A stretch of 63,676 nucleotides of DNA, the filler included, from Patellaria atrata CBS 101060 (Eukaryota): the NCBI GenBank assembly GCA_010093705.1. It is 17 parts of 17 records of this genome, joined end to end, with 100 filler letters (N's around TTAATTAATTAA, not from the genome) between each part and the next. Parts side by side here need not be neighbours in the genome. Positions count along the whole stretch, not along the records: positions 12,800 to 16,797 come from MU006158.1; positions 16,898 to 20,837 come from MU006159.1; positions 20,938 to 24,758 come from MU006160.1; positions 24,859 to 28,582 come from MU006161.1; 13 more parts are not named here. One strand, given 5' to 3'. Shown here piece after piece: positions 13,026-26,984 of this stretch (the stretch's first letter is position 1; each line of letters starts with the position of its first letter). The notes below the pieces were generated by a model that ran no database searches, was not told where the DNA came from, and was given only the letters and a program-made list of their open reading frames with translations. Position numbers and translations under genes: made by a program.

Positions 13026-13723
13026 GAATGAGGAAGTCATCGCGAGCCTACCTTAGTGTTTCGATTACCTTAGCGACTTGACCCGTCATAGAGAAAGATC
13101 CACCATCGGTGAACGTTCGAAGAAGGATCATAGTCATGTTGAACTGTATGGCAACAAAGGCCATAATAATACAGCAGGTCGGATTTACCATTCTGTATAG
13201 TAGATGTCAGAATGCATATTGACCAACCGTGTCCCGAGGGGTCCTTTCTTTGAACGTTCTCTGCGCACGTTTATGCTCACCGATGTTGTTCGAGGTGTTG
13301 CTTTCGGCGAGTCGGGATGATAGTAACCCCGACCTTTCCAACGAACGGGATATGGCCTAGACCTCTAGCGGTAAAGATTTAGAATTGTTAGAGAGTACCT
13401 CACTAACAAGGACTCTATCCCGTCCTACGGGTCCGGCTCTTCGCGCTACCCGTCGCTGTTAACAAGCGGCGTGGACGATACCATAACCTCCTTATGATTC
13501 GTAATTTGACGCCTGAATCTGCAACTTTTTTTTATTTGTACCTGTACATCTCACTCTCTTTGATATATAGTTGTTTACCTTCCCTCATTCCTTCTTTTCG
13601 TTAGGGCCAAACCTCAAAAACCTTCATCCCTTCCTTTACGTATTCGTTTTTTTTTTAAATTTATTCTTATCCAAGGCTTAGTTATATAAAAGAACTTCCC
13701 CCCCTTACATATTTCACATCAAC

Positions 13724-15595
13724 ATGTCTGCCACGGATGAGAAGCCTGGTGACTTGAAACTTCCACGTGAATCTTTAGACGGCTCCACAGACTTTGGATC
13801 TACCTTTGACCGCAGTGTAGAACCATCTGTTATGGAGAAGAGAGAGCCTCAAGAGTCCACCGTCGCCGCATCCGACTCTCTGTCAACCAATGACAAAGCC
13901 GCCGAAGTCAAAGTCGAAGATGCAGCTGGGGTTCCAGAAGAACCAGAGGTTGAATACCCATCTGGAATGAAACTGGCCCTCATCACAGTTGCGCTATGTC
14001 TCTCCGTTTTCTGTATGGCCTTGGATAATACCATTATTGCCACCGCCATTCCTCGAATCACGGATCAGTTCAAGGCCCTAGACGATGTAGGCTGGTATGG
14101 AAGTGCGTATTTGCTTACTACTTGCGCTTTCCAGCTTATGTTCGGAAAGCTGTACACCTTCTACTCCATCAAATGGGTCTATCTGATTGCACTTTTCATT
14201 TTCGAGCTTGGATCCCTGATCTGCGGTGTTGCCCCCAATTCAACCGCTCTGATCATTGGAAGAGCTATCGCTGGTGTTGGATCCGCTGGTATATTTGCTG
14301 GTGCGATCCTAATTATCGCTCATACCGTCCCGCTTGTTCAAAGACCAACATACACCGGTCTTATTGGAGCTATGTACGGAATTGCTTCAGTAGCAGGTCC
14401 TCTGTAAGTTGTTCATAACTGCAATATACGGTGCACTGTTGACTAACGTACGTATTAGCATGGGTGGTGCTTTCACCGACCGTTTAACCTGGCGTTGGTG
14501 TTTCTACATCAATCTTCCGTTCGGTGCTGTTACGGCTTTCTTCATCGTCTTCTTTTTCAAGAACCCACGGAAGACCACCCTCACCAACCTGACTTGGTTA
14601 CAACAACTTCAGAAGTTCGATTTGCTTGGAACATCATTCTTCCTTCCCGGTATCATTTGCCTTCTCCTTGCTCTTCAATGGGGAGGGTCCAAATACGAGT
14701 GGGGCAACTGGCGTATCATTTTGCTCTTCGTTCTCTTCGGTGTTCTCATTGCAGCTTTCGTCTTCGTACAACACTGGAAACAAGAGGAAGCCACTGTCCC
14801 ACCCCGTGTGTTCAAAAATCGAAACGTTTGGGGTTCAGCTATCTTCGGTGCCAGTCTTGGTGGAGCTTTCTTCATCTTGGTCTTCTACGTAAGTACCTTG
14901 CGTCTTGCAATCCATGTCTCCCTTATTCTGACATACTCCAGCTCCCAATTTGGTTCCAAGCCATCAAGGATGCGTCGGCTGTTAAATCTGGTATCATGAA
15001 CCTACCTATGATCCTCGGTCTTGTTATTCTCTCCGTTATGGCTGGTGGCCTCGTCACTGTCCTCGGATACTACACGCCATTCATGCTCGCGTCTTCCGTG
15101 TTCATGGCAATCGGTGCCGGCCTCCTCACAACCTTCGAAGTCGAAACTGGCTCCCCTGCTTGGATCGGCTACCAATTCATCTTCGGCATGGGCGTCGGTC
15201 TCGGCATGCAACAGACGCTCATCTGCGTGCAAGCATCACTACCACTCACCGACGTCCCCATCGCAACCGCCACCATGATGTTTGCCCAAACTCTCGGCGG
15301 CGCCCTCTTCATCTCCGTCGGACAAAACGTGTTCCAAAACCAGTTAGCCAAGAACCTCCTCAAGGAAGCGATTCCGGGCTTCGATCCTGCGCTCGTGTTG
15401 CAGACTGGCGCAACCGAACTCAAGGATGCTATCGCGTCGGAATTTTTGCCCTTCGCGCTGAAAGCTTACAACGACGCGCTGACGCAGACTTGGTACGTCT
15501 CCGTAGCCATGTCTGCGATCTCCATCATCGGAGCCTCCGTCGTGGAGTGGAAGAGCGTGAAGGGAAAGAAGATCGAGATGGGCGGCGGCGCTTAA
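13724..15595 (+). CDS. MFS drug/toxin efflux transporter (DHA2, 14-TM type)
   Basis: [59 protein letters not shown]. Introns 14404-14458 and 14889-14941. Confidence 0.95.
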
Positions 15596-16406
15596 ACGGT
15601 CGCGTCGCTGAACACGATGGTCTTTATTGCTTTTGGTATCGATAAAAATTCTTTGGCTATACCCTCGCATTCGCATTGCATCGGCGTTTTTTTTGTTGGA
15701 ATGAGGTGGATCGTATACATTCCAGACGTAACAGCGAGGACTTGATAGAATGGGTAGAGACACTCACCTCATGGATCTAGATGGAGGGGAAATTTACATA
15801 TATTGAAGGGAACGGGAGGAGAGGATGTTGGTAGATATGTAATTGTAATAGAATATGAGTCTTTTTTTTTTTTTTTGGGACTGGATGATGTTTCCCTCAC
15901 GATGAGCTTGTAGGTGATAGTTGCGTGTCGTAAAAGCTGAACTTGGACGTTGATGTTTGCTAGGTGAACCGCTTCTAAGGTAGTGAGTACTGTCCCGTTG
16001 CGGGAGGCACGTTCTTGTGGATCAAACAGGGTATTTCCTAATCGGTCATCTGTACCGCGTTGAATAAGGTAAGGTAGTCAGCACACACTGGCGTTCGTTA
16101 CGTTCCCGTCTGAGGTGAATCCTAGTGGATGGGCAATTTCTTCAAGAATGAACTTGAGGCACGTGAGTGTTAACCTAATAGAGCGTGATTGAAGATCTAA
16201 AGTGACTTTCGGTTACGGTGGTCGTGACATTGCTTCACGTCCTACTGCTTCAACAGAGCATCGACGAGGTTAGAATTTCTATTATTTTTTTTACTTCAAA
16301 TATTCTCATCGAATTACTCAAAGTCCAAGATATGAACATTCGACGTTTCGACTCTGGAAACCCCTTTTCTTCCCGCTCTCGGAACTCTCACATCTCACAA
16401 TCTTCA

Positions 16407-16735
16407 CTATCCCCCCTTCACCCTCCCGACCCTCTCCCCCCCAACCCCCCGTCCGTTAACAACCCCATAAAGCCACCGCAGGGTCAAAGTACTTAGCGTC
16501 ATAGTGACCGCACTCCCGCCGAACAACACAGCGCGCCAAGGCGGACTGAGGACCTCAAAAATGGGATAGGGATAGAAGCCATTATGTGCATAGCAGACAT
16601 CGATCCAGACCCAATAACCCAGCGCGATGACCAGCGAGAGCAGCATAGCCGGGAGTGCGGAAATAGTGTACGGCGGGGAGAAAAATAGGAGGTCGAGGGC
16701 GAGGAAGAGGGAGGGCAGGGCGTGGAATCCGAGAT
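16407..16735 (-). CDS. FAR-17a/AIG1-like membrane protein, last exon (5' part missing)
   Basis: After CTAACAG acceptor: DLGFHALPSLFLALDLLFFSPP...YWVWIDVCYAHNGFYPYPIF. Confidence 0.8.
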
Positions 16736-17829
16736 CTGTTAGAGGGGAATTAAGCACTTTTTTTTTTATTTTTATTTTTATTATTTCTTTTTTTTTTNNN
16801 NNNNNNNNNNNNNNNNNNNNNNNNNNNNNNNNNNNNNNNNNTTAATTAATTAANNNNNNNNNNNNNNNNNNNNNNNNNNNNNNNNNNNNNNNNNNNNTAT
16901 CCGCTCGTCCCACCAAGATCCAATCAGACACCCCCCGTGGCACCTACCAAACACCAAACACCAAAACAGACACTAACCTCCACTCCAACATCCGACAAAA
17001 CCTCAGCCCGTTCAATCTGACAGAGTGGTAGTCGCCGATTCCGGTTCCTCGTGGGGTTCTAGTACCGTGGTATTGGGTTATGTGAAGGGGAACTGACGAG
17101 GAAAAGGGTGGGAAGGGAAGGATAAACCCAGAGGGGACAGGCGATAAGAGTAGGTGCAGAACGGTATATAGCCCGAGTCATAAGGTAGCGAATACATAAG
17201 TTTGAAGGTGTTGAGATTGAGATTGAGATTAAGAGTGAAAGTGGGAGTGGGGTTAAGGGTGAAAGTGAGATTGAGAGTCAGATTGAGAGTCAGATTTTGA
17301 GGATATCGGACATGTTGAGATATCCAAGCAAGTATGTAATCCAGAGAGAAATAAAGAGTACCTACCCTCCGCGACCACAACCTCCACCCCTCTATTCCAA
17401 AAACCATACCTTAGCCACAGCCATACCATCTTTCACGGGGAGTACACGGCCCAATTTAGAACGAAAAGTATCTATCGTGCGTTATAAGTCATACACCAAG
17501 TGAATAATTTTGTATGGATATCCAGCTATTTTATCAAATGCTTAATCCACCCATCCCAACCACCGATTCCAAACCATCCCATCCCATCATCTCTGGCAAG
17601 TGAAGCGTGAAGCGTAATCCACATATCCCCGACTCGCAATACCATACGATACTAAACTGTAATCCCGATCCATGCCATGTCATACCATAGACTCCCGCTA
17701 CCGATACCATACTCCCCTGCTTCAATCCCTTACACCCTCCCAGAAAACCAACACAATCCACAAACATCATCCAGTACCACGTCGAGCATTATCATAACCC
17801 CCCTCCCGGCTTTTCAGAACAAACTCCCG

Positions 17830-19929
17830 CTACGCCGGTAAAGCGCCCGGAATCCTCATCTCAGTCCGATCCTCCGGCGACGGGGGGATGGAATGAAAGC
17901 CATCGTCTCCATTGCCGTTGGCATCCTTCGTTTCAAGTCTCCCTTCGACGCGGTCGTTGCTCTCGTCAGCCGCATCCAACTTCATGGCCGCAGCCATGCC
18001 GATGATACTGACTCTCTTCCCCTCTTCCCCCTTGCTCTCGTCTTTGGAATTGAGGTCGACGTCCAAGAATCCATCATCGCTCTTCCTCCCCTCCTTCAAC
18101 GTCGTCTCATCCACCTGCTCCCTCTTCTCCACTTTCTCGGACTTATCACTCCCATCGCTAGATCTTCTCAACTCCCAGCTCGCGCGTCCGTACGGATTTA
18201 CCCCGCTCGGGGATAGGGGACTGTTCCCCGCATCGATGCTGTTGCTCTCCCTGCTCCCGCTGGCATGGTGTCTACGATCTCTGATTGGATTCCTCGGCGG
18301 AAGTTTCGGCGGGAGCGGTTTATTCACCGTTACTAACCTGGCTCTAGTGATGAACTGCGGCGCCGCAGCCTGCTGAACCTCATGGACTTCGACAGCGTCG
18401 TCCTCTGCGCCGTCGTCTCTGTCGAGGTTGCTGCCGTTGAGGTTGATCTCGGGAGAATGGGTGGGTGATGTGTTTGCGCGGGAAGGGAGACGGGGAGGTG
18501 TGCGCGGGGGTGTGGAGGGGGAGATGACCGTTGTAGGTGCTTGATGTGGTTTCGTTGGAGTGGCGGATTCGAACGTGTTCTCGGGTATTCCGTCCATTTT
18601 GCTGCCGTGGTGACCGTTAGGTAGGTCGTGCGAGTACCGTGGTGGGGCATCGGGTAGAGGATCATCTGTCTGCGTGCTCATTTCTGAGTAATTCTTCTCC
18701 GCGTTACTCAGGGTGCTGGTGCGCCAACTGCTCCTCCGACTCACACTCCGACTGTCGAAGCTGCGGCGGTTGAAGTTGGTGAAGATCGGGGATGAGGGGG
18801 ATGGGTTGAATGCGAAGGCATCGAGAGAGGCTCGCTCTTTGGTGCCTGCTTCACGGATCTCGAGACCTTCGCGCTGAAGGGCGAGAACGCCATAGGGATC
18901 TGGGTCTTCCTTATCTGGGACGCCGAAGACGTGGTCAGAGGGCTCGACTTCGTAGTCGCCTGGCGGAGGCTCCGAGGTGAGTAGAGATTCGTCGACATCA
19001 GTGTCACCTTGAGCAGCCTTGATGGTTTCAAGTAGTGGGCGCACCTCGTAGGGTGGATGTCTGACCTTCCCTGCTAGGATATCCGCGACTGGTATCCTTT
19101 GGTTGTAGAATCGCTCGTTTTCGTCTGTGCGCTCAATGAATATGGTGCCGTCGACCTGCACGCCCGCGTAGAGACCTCGCGATTTGAGGTATGTGAATAC
19201 AGGCGCTTGTCGCTTGTGGAGTTCTGTTTCTACAACACCACCTACTCCTACCGGGCCCGCAACGGCAGATACTTCCCCTCCGATGGTGCAGCGGACGGAG
19301 GAGAATGCTTGGAGCGCTTTCTCGGTGTTGATAACAAGTACACAATCATATATATCGACACCGGCTAGGAAGCCTAGACCAACGGTATGGGACATGAGCC
19401 CTGAGGGTGGGGACCAGGAACCATCGGGTAGTTTGGCTACTAGGACGCCTGCACCACCTGCTCCGGAGAACCAAAGACCGGTGCGCATGGTGGTGAAGAT
19501 AGCCAGGCCTTTTGCGTTCCTAATTACCTATAAGACTGTTGGTACAATGTATACTCAAAAGACCCGGGTGTGCCGGGCAGACATTCGACCGTAAGACATA
19601 CTTCAGGTGGTATCTTTTTCAAAACCTTCTCCTTATGTTTTCGCGGGCCATCCGACTTGATTTCCTCCTGATAGAAACCATCCTCTGTCTTAGTTAGCAT
19701 ATTCCCGATTCATATGTATAGGAATGGTAGTCTCACTGCAGAAGCTCCGTAAGATCCGCGCCGCTTTATCACTCTCTATATCCAACGTCGTGGGCCAAAA
19801 CGCTTCAGAACCCAACTTATTCGACAGCCTATTCACAGGCGGACCAAGTTTATCGACCCATCCATACACTTTATCGAAACCGGCCTTGCTGTTCGTCTTC
19901 GTCTTCTCCCAAAACGTTTGCGTAGGCAT
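17830..19929 (-). CDS. SYLF/Ysc84 actin-binding (DUF500) domain protein with low-complexity C-terminus
   Basis: NKLGSEAFWPTTLDIESDKAARILRSFC, VIRNAKGLAIFTTMRTGLWFSGAGGAGVLVA...WSPPSG, YLKSRGLYAGVQVDG, ERTDENERFY. Two introns near 19688-19734 and 19528-19600. Confidence 0.9.
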
Positions 19930-20937
19930 GATGGGGTGCCGGAGCCCCGCGCGAGGTGTTGGAACGGTCAAGTCAAGGACAAGAACTCTATCAGAGGTTT
20001 AGGAGGATATTAGACATTAAAACAACGGAGGTGAGGGAGATGAATATAGGAAGACGGGAGGGTCTAATAGAAGCAAGGAAAAGGTGTGAACTGGGGCGCA
20101 GAAGCTTATAAAGCGTTCGGTGGTATGAGGTACCTGAATCGTACCCTTAAAGCCCTTGGAGCTTTCCCATCGCATCCGCGCGGCGGGCAAGAGGCGGGCA
20201 ACGAGTCATCATCCGCATCCGCATCCGCATCCGCATCCGTATCCGAATCCGAGTCAATTCTACGTACATCATGTCATCATTCTCTGACTTTCTTCTTATT
20301 CTATCAATTCCATCACATACCTGTCGGCATTTCAGTACACACCGATGTTTACAATTGAGGAATTCCAGCTTCGACAAGTGTACCCTTTTACTCCACTCAA
20401 CTAGAGTATAGTTACCTTAGTTTTACCTTTGTATTCCCAGCTTGTCGGAGACTAAATTGATACCTGCGTGACGTAGTACTGTACAAGGCCCAAGGCGCCG
20501 TTTTTATATTAAACGGCGAACCTACATTTCCACTTTCAAGTCTCTCATATTTCTTGTTTCAAACACCCCACAACACCAAAGTCTTATAGAGGTAAAGTAA
20601 GATAGTTATATACGATATATAGCTCATTCGTCCGTTCAACATCGTATTTCTCTTTACGTCTTTCTCCTCCAGGGATGTCGAATATGAGTCATCAACTGAA
20701 AGAGTAGCGAATGTGTGCTTCGCTGTTTAGATAAGGCAAATATTGCCCCTCAAAAAAAGCACATATCCATTTAGCTAGAAATACAGCATTTCAGCATTTC
20801 ATATCTCAATACAATCATCATTTCCAAGCTCCCCTCCNNNNNNNNNNNNNNNNNNNNNNNNNNNNNNNNNNNNNNNNNNNNTTAATTAATTAANNNNNNN
20901 NNNNNNNNNNNNNNNNNNNNNNNNNNNNNNNNNNNNN

Positions 20938-20990
20938 AGTTCTCTCATACCCGTACAGTTCTCTCATACCCGTACAGTTCTCTCATTCCA
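20938..20990. repeat. 19-bp tandem repeat AGTTCTCTCATACCCGTAC (about 2.6 copies) at contig start
   Basis: Read directly from the sequence. Confidence 0.85.
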
Positions 20991-21438
20991 CACAATTCTC
21001 CCATACCATACAAATCCTCTCATACCACACACTGGTAGGGTGGAACGATGGTGTTTTTGTTACCTGTTCGATTCGAGTTCGGGCTCGGGTTCGGATCTAA
21101 GCCACATTGTCTGGTTAGGAATGTGTTTAGGACGGGTATAGGGGTGTTGTATAGGGTGTACGGATCGTGGTAGAGATGGCGGTGGAGAGACGGAGAGACA
21201 AGCCACGACCTCATATTACCTCATGGTGTCGTAGAGTAAAGCCCCGAGCACATTTGGAAAGAAAACAAGGATCGCCACCTTTCTTTCATAAGCATTCCTC
21301 TTAAGGGTTCGACTCAGTATGATACACGACATGACCTCCTATCAACAAAAAACGGGGTATCAACTCTCTCTCTCTCTCTTCTCTCTTCCATTCCCACTCT
21401 CTCTCTTCCATTCCCACTCTACCTCTCCATCCTCCCCC

Positions 21439-22355
21439 TTACAAAGCCAACAACGCAGCAAAGCCAACAACAGCGCCGACAACACCCGCACCCGCGCCGC
21501 TCACCCTCAAATCGGCCGCAGCGCCCGTGGACGTCTCCTCCGCGGCGGACTCGGTGGGCGTCGGCTCATCGTGGTCCATGTGCGTGGCGTCCGCGTTCAT
21601 GAGCGGCACGCCCGCGACGCCGGTCGTGTTGGCGCACATGTCTGTGCTCAGCAGCTCAGCGTCGGCGGTGAAGGTGATGTCTGCGCACTGTTTTATCAAC
21701 TCGTTAGCTTAATACGCTCATCATGGGATAAGAGGTTCTGGAACGGGACAGGAATCGATGAAATGAAAGCGGATGGGTTTCCTTTTTTTTTTTTTCTAAA
21801 AAAAAAAAAGAAAAAAAAGAAAGAGAAATTAAAATCGAGATAAGGGCGGTGGATGGATAGATGGTACGTACATTATAAAGCGCGCTCCCGCTCCCGCTGG
21901 CCTGGATGAACTGCAACGTCGCATTCGTGCCCTCCTCGATGCCCAAATCCGCCAAACTCATCCCGCCCAACTCTCTCAAGCAGAACGTGCCGTTGCCCGT
22001 CTGGTTGAACCCGGTGAGCAGACTCGTCTCAAAGCTCGTGACCTCGTTGCCGATTCCCAGGTTGACATAGGTCAATGCCCAGGGATGATGGACCTCGAGG
22101 GAGATGCTGCCGCCGGTGAGAGGCCAGGCGGTGCGGTTGTTGGCGGACTCGGTTTGGTTTACGTTTGCGCCTGTTGGGAAGAATGAGAGAGATGGTTAGA
22201 GGAACGGGTGTGTTAGGGGATTGCTTACAGGGCCAGATCCATTGAGAGGCGGGCTCTTCGAAGGAGTCGCCGCGCCAGTATGGGTAGTCGACCCTGAAGT
22301 GGGCGGAGGTGAGGGTGAGGAGGGAGAGGAGAGGGAGAGAGGTGGTGGAGAGCAT
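21439..22355 (-). CDS. Secreted GPI-anchored copper-binding protein, BIM1/X325 (LPMO-like) family
   Basis: Signal peptide MLSTTSLPLLSLLTLTSA then HFRVDYPYWRG, PCA, NRTAWPLTGGSI, HHPW, GNGTFCL, GTNATLQ, LYNCADITF, S/T/E-rich stalk and hydrophobic C-terminal tail. Introns 22171-22228 and 21688-21871. Confidence 0.85.
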
Positions 22356-24858
22356 TTTGAGGGATTGAGGATGGAATTGACTGGAAATTGTACTGAATTG
22401 AGTTTGAGAATACCAGGAGATGAAAGCTAGGTAGATGAGGAAGTAGAGGGAGATGCAAGATCTGGGATTCCCGTAGCTTCTTAAAGAAATCTCACAAGCT
22501 GATGAAAGAGACAAATACCCCACGTTTAACCCCGGATCGATAGCTCCTTCTTAGTTTGTATTACCCATTACATGTGAGCAAAAGCTAGCCTAGTAACCTT
22601 ACTAACTTACTACTTTATCTGTACCCCTCGTGAGTGCCCGCCATAGCGGCATACAGGGCCTCAATCTGGCTAGAACATTGCACCTATCAGTAAGAAAAAC
22701 CAGCAAACGAAAAAGCCGGCAGACAGGATGAGCAGATTGTGGCGTTCCGGTCTGTTGGTTACTTGGATGAGATGTAGCGGCTCTGCTGGATGGCGGTAAT
22801 GGTGTGGAGAGAACTCACGCAAACTTGCTCATTTCCATCTTGGCGCCAAGATATCTGCATGCTTGACCATTGGGAAGCCATTCAGTACGACGGTAAGGTA
22901 GCAAGCGAGCTTAACCAGGTCGCCGGGACACTGAAGGAGGAAAGAATATCTTCTAAGGACGGGTGGAAAGGCCGGTTCCCCAAAAGAGGGAATAGCAATT
23001 AATACCGAATGAAGAAAGAAAGAGAGATATTGAACATGAGAAACTTGAAAACTGTAAATTATCCTTTGCTTGATTATCCCTCTAAATGAAAGGATGAACA
23101 CTTCTGAGAAGCTGTTATGTTGATGATAAGGTACTGTTATACCAGATATACGTACATACCATCCCCTGCCAAATCCCACGTTCAGAGGCGTCAGTTACTG
23201 CAGGTACAGTAGAACGATCATCTCAACTGCACGACTTGCCCAAGAATGGGCGATATCCACGGGGAGTTTGCTCCTCGGAAGATTCCCGGTACGTAGCAAT
23301 CGCAACCCTCTCAATACCCGGAGAGCAAATGAGATCGATGAGCTTCCCATGCATCTCCTCTTCCATGCGTGTCGTGAGTCTTGAAACCGGGTTGACAGTC
23401 CAGTGCATCTTCCCCGTGGCGCTATAGATCCACTTCTCAAGGTTGAACCAGTATTCCCGTTTTCATATTCCTCCGATACTGTGCATATTCCATACCCTCC
23501 TCCTAGGGCCGCAGAGCATGTTCCTATAGGGCTGGAAGATGGTCCCTACATTCATAATATGCAGGTTTGTTTGTTAGGCCACCGGCCGTTGTAGGCCTGA
23601 CGGATGATATCGATAACGGTGCGAGATCGCTGCTCCCGTTTCTTCCATCAAGTGACTCAGGTAAGCATCTAAAGAAAATGCTTAACTTTTCTTTGGACGG
23701 GATTAGAAGGAAGATGACCAGATTCTCAGATGCTTAATAAAGAGGAAGGAAAATGCAATACTCTTCAGACGGCTAACCTGATATTGACTGTAACCCACAA
23801 CATCGATCAACGGTTTATTCGATCAGGTGATTCAGTTGAATCTCAGATACACACCTAAAGAAAATTCCTAAACACATCAACAAGTCAAGCAGAACGACGA
23901 ATACAGAACTACTGAAGATTCAATGACGAGGCGTTTTTAATGATCTTGGATACCATGATGGAGACTGATACTTCTAATTCTAAAGCGAGAGTAAGATACC
24001 TACCTTACTGAAAGCGAACGATTGGACATAAAAAAAAGGAACAGCTGTTATAGATTGTCTTATTTACGACATTGTCGTCTCGAACTGCGTAGAGAGTTGC
24101 TGAAAGTTTAGGTGGAGACTTTGATAAAGGAGGCTGGAAAACGGTAAAACTACGGAGAACGTGTCATGCATCGCCTCGGGTAGACTTAACAACAACGGAC
24201 GGGAGCTCCCATGCTCCACCACCGGTTTTGAGGTGGAGATCCTGTACCACAGATATTGCCAGATCCTAAGCCAGGCGTGCCAGGGTAGCTCTAAAGCTCA
24301 ACTCAGCATTGAATTTCCTCACAGCATCACGAAAGCACATGATGATCAGAATTCATATAAACTCTCTTCATTGCCAAAAGCTATCTAACTACGCTATCCA
24401 TGCCATTCATCGCAGACATCCAATAATCCTCCTCAATTGTATCTTCAAACAATAACCACGCAAAATCAGAAAAAAAAAAAGAGGGACTCGGCTGCCATGA
24501 ATCGAAATGGAAAGAAAAAGGGGGTATATCCACAAACCCTCGTCGGCAAATCCCCAGGACGAGTTCTTAATTTCCCTAAACGCATATTCATTCATCGCAT
24601 ATTGACATTCGCAAAAGGCTTTGCTCTGCCATCACCCACTCCAACATGAAAGTAAGAACGGAGGGCAGAGCGAAGCCCCCCACACCGCGTTCCCAGCGTC
24701 GGTTATGAAAAATTTTCCCCCCGCCCTTGAGGGGGGGGGGGGGGGGGGGGGGGGGGGGNNNNNNNNNNNNNNNNNNNNNNNNNNNNNNNNNNNNNNNNNN
24801 NNTTAATTAATTAANNNNNNNNNNNNNNNNNNNNNNNNNNNNNNNNNNNNNNNNNNNN

Positions 24859-25297
24859 GTGCTTCCTCGGCGCGCACGCCATGATGTCGAACGGCCGCTT
24901 ATACTCCCGCGTCGGCACCGCTATCGTCGCCATGCTCGCGCACGAGAGAGATGTCCCTGTCATCGTTTGCTGCGAGGCGCTCAAGATGACGGACCGCGTC
25001 GCGCTCGACTCTATCGTCGTCAACGAAGTCGCGCCCGCGGACGAGCTGTTGGATTTTACGAGCCAGTTCGGCGGAAGGGAGATAGGGGTTGTTGAGAAGG
25101 AGGAAGAGGGTGAGGAGGGCATGACGCAGAGGGAGAAGCTGGTTAAGCGATGGGTAAACACGCCGAGACTACAGATGCTGAATCTGCTCTATGATGTTAC
25201 GCCCGCTGAGTACATCCGCATGATCGTGAGCGAGTACGGGAGTTTGCCACCGAGTTCGGTACCGGTTGTTTATCGTATCAGTACGGGTGTGCAGTGA
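24859..25297 (+). CDS. GCD2: Translation initiation factor eIF2B delta subunit, C-terminal fragment
   Basis: FLGAHAMMSNGRLYSRVGTA, VPVIVCCE, DSIVVNE, LNLLYDVTPAEYI, GSLPPSSVPVV. Confidence 0.92.
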
Positions 25298-25798
25298 GGG
25301 GTGGGATGGGGGGAGCTGAATTCATTTTCTCTTGAGTTTGAGAGGTTGGGAAAGCTGTGGTGGGTATCTGGTTGATTTACCGACCGATTTTTGCATAGCG
25401 AATCTGCATTATATTTTACTGCTGGTATTGTGTGCTCTGGTGCCGTGACTAGACAGTGTAGTGTGCCCCGTATTTTATATCCGACTCATTCTCCGGTGAA
25501 AACTGACGCTGCTTTGACCTATAGAAGGCTAACGGGGTTTCTATGAAGTTTGCGATGGCGAGATCTCTCACTGTACCTACTCACGATAGCGGACTTTCTT
25601 TTTCAGGCGTGGGTTGAGAGCTGCGCCTTGCTTCTCTCTTTGCCGTCACGACAGCAACGTCTGTCCGCCGGCGCATCCACCACGAGGGCCTCCAATTTCC
25701 CAAGCGTAAGCGGATAGCGTAACCCGTATGTCGAGAGATACTCCGCGTTCCTCAGTCTGATAACCATCTCACTCAGCACTGAACTTTTTTCCGCGGTC

Positions 25799-26684
25799 TC
25801 AGCTCTGTCCCGCAACAAGGCCCCTAACCCACTCCTTCAACCCCCTCTCCGCACCCTCCTTCCCCTCCCCTTCCCCTTCTTCCTCTTCCTTCATCGCCGT
25901 CCCGCCCTTCTCTCCCAAACACAATCTCTTCGCCGCCGCGCAGGCGAGCTCCCACTCCCCGATCTCGAATCCCCCCTCGCTCTCCGCTAGTATCAGCTTC
26001 CCCGCCCCCTCAAACGCGAAGACGTGCAGCGAGCGCGCTGTCCTGAGATCGTTGAACGAGGGAGACGCGGTGGTGCCGGAGAGGGTCACGCAGATGAGGG
26101 CGGAGGTGTAGATTGTCCGCAACTGTATCGAGGCGTTGAGGAGGGCGAGGATAGAGGCGTTGAGGAGGGAGGGGAGGAGGAGGAGGAGGGGCTGGTATGT
26201 GTGTTAGTGTCAGCGCACGAGGATGGGGGTTGAAGGCTGTGGGAAGGGAGATGGGGAGATGCTAGGAATGGAGCTTACAGAGACGGGGAGCCCAGAGGCG
26301 GAGACCTCGTCCGGCATCCCGACGACCTGGAGCGTGAGCTGGATCAGCGAGCGTGGGTACGCGTGCGTCAGGATCGTGTGTCGGAGTGTGCTGTGCAGCA
26401 GGGCTTCGAGATGTCGTTCTTTGGTCGCTGGGGCGGGGGTTGTTGGTTAGTAAGGTAGAACGCTGAGGGCTTTAAGGAGAAGAATAAGGGGAGAGTGACG
26501 TACTTCCCACACCGGCTGCTGGCCGGATGTGTACCTCTAGGGTGGCTTCTTGGGGGAGTTCGTCGCGGCGGCCGACTTCGAGGGGCCCGTTGACGGCGCC
26601 GATGACGGTGTAGCCGTCGCGAGAGTAGGTTGTAGAGCCGTCCGCGCCGTGTAGGTCGGCGAGAGTGGCGGTTGGGACGATCAT
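25799..26684 (-). CDS. RRP46: Exosome complex RNase PH-like subunit Rrp46
   Basis: LHGADGSTTY...VIGAVNGPLEVGRRDELPQEATLEVHIRPAAGVG, then KERHLEALLHSTLRHTI...YPRSLIQLTLQVV, then ARSLHVFAF...LILAESEGGF. Two introns. Confidence 0.88.
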
Positions 26685-26984
26685 GGTGATATGCGTATGG
26701 GAAGGTGAAGCTGAATTGTTGCTGTATGTATGTACTTCTGTAGTTCTATCCCAAAAATTTCGCAGCTGTAGCTCCAAGCTCCCAGCCCGCCGGATCAACC
26801 CCGGCCCGTGCACTCCTCGGTCTGAGCTGCCAGAGCTGGAAAGCTTGACGATACCTTACCAACAACCCAAGCTCCCGTCACCATACCCAGAAACACTATC
26901 CTGTACAACTCCAGCTTCACTCCAGCTCCGTGTATCTCCCCCTCACACACACTCAAGCTCGAGACCGTCCACGACAAATACCAG

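Noticed and set aside
21300..21320. GGTTCGACTC as a tRNA T-loop
   Set aside because: No cloverleaf or acceptor stem in the flanks.
13724..22355. MFS pump plus neighbouring genes as a secondary-metabolite cluster
   Set aside because: No backbone synthase, and the genes lie on unrelated contigs.
23195..23640. Interrupted minus-strand reading frame (possible pseudogene)
   Set aside because: No family recognisable; cannot be supported without a search.
24303..24372. Possible C/D snoRNA on the minus strand (ATGAAGA...CTGA...GTGATG...CTGA)
   Set aside because: Imperfect C box, weak terminal stem, and no convincing rRNA complementarity by eye; needs snoscan.
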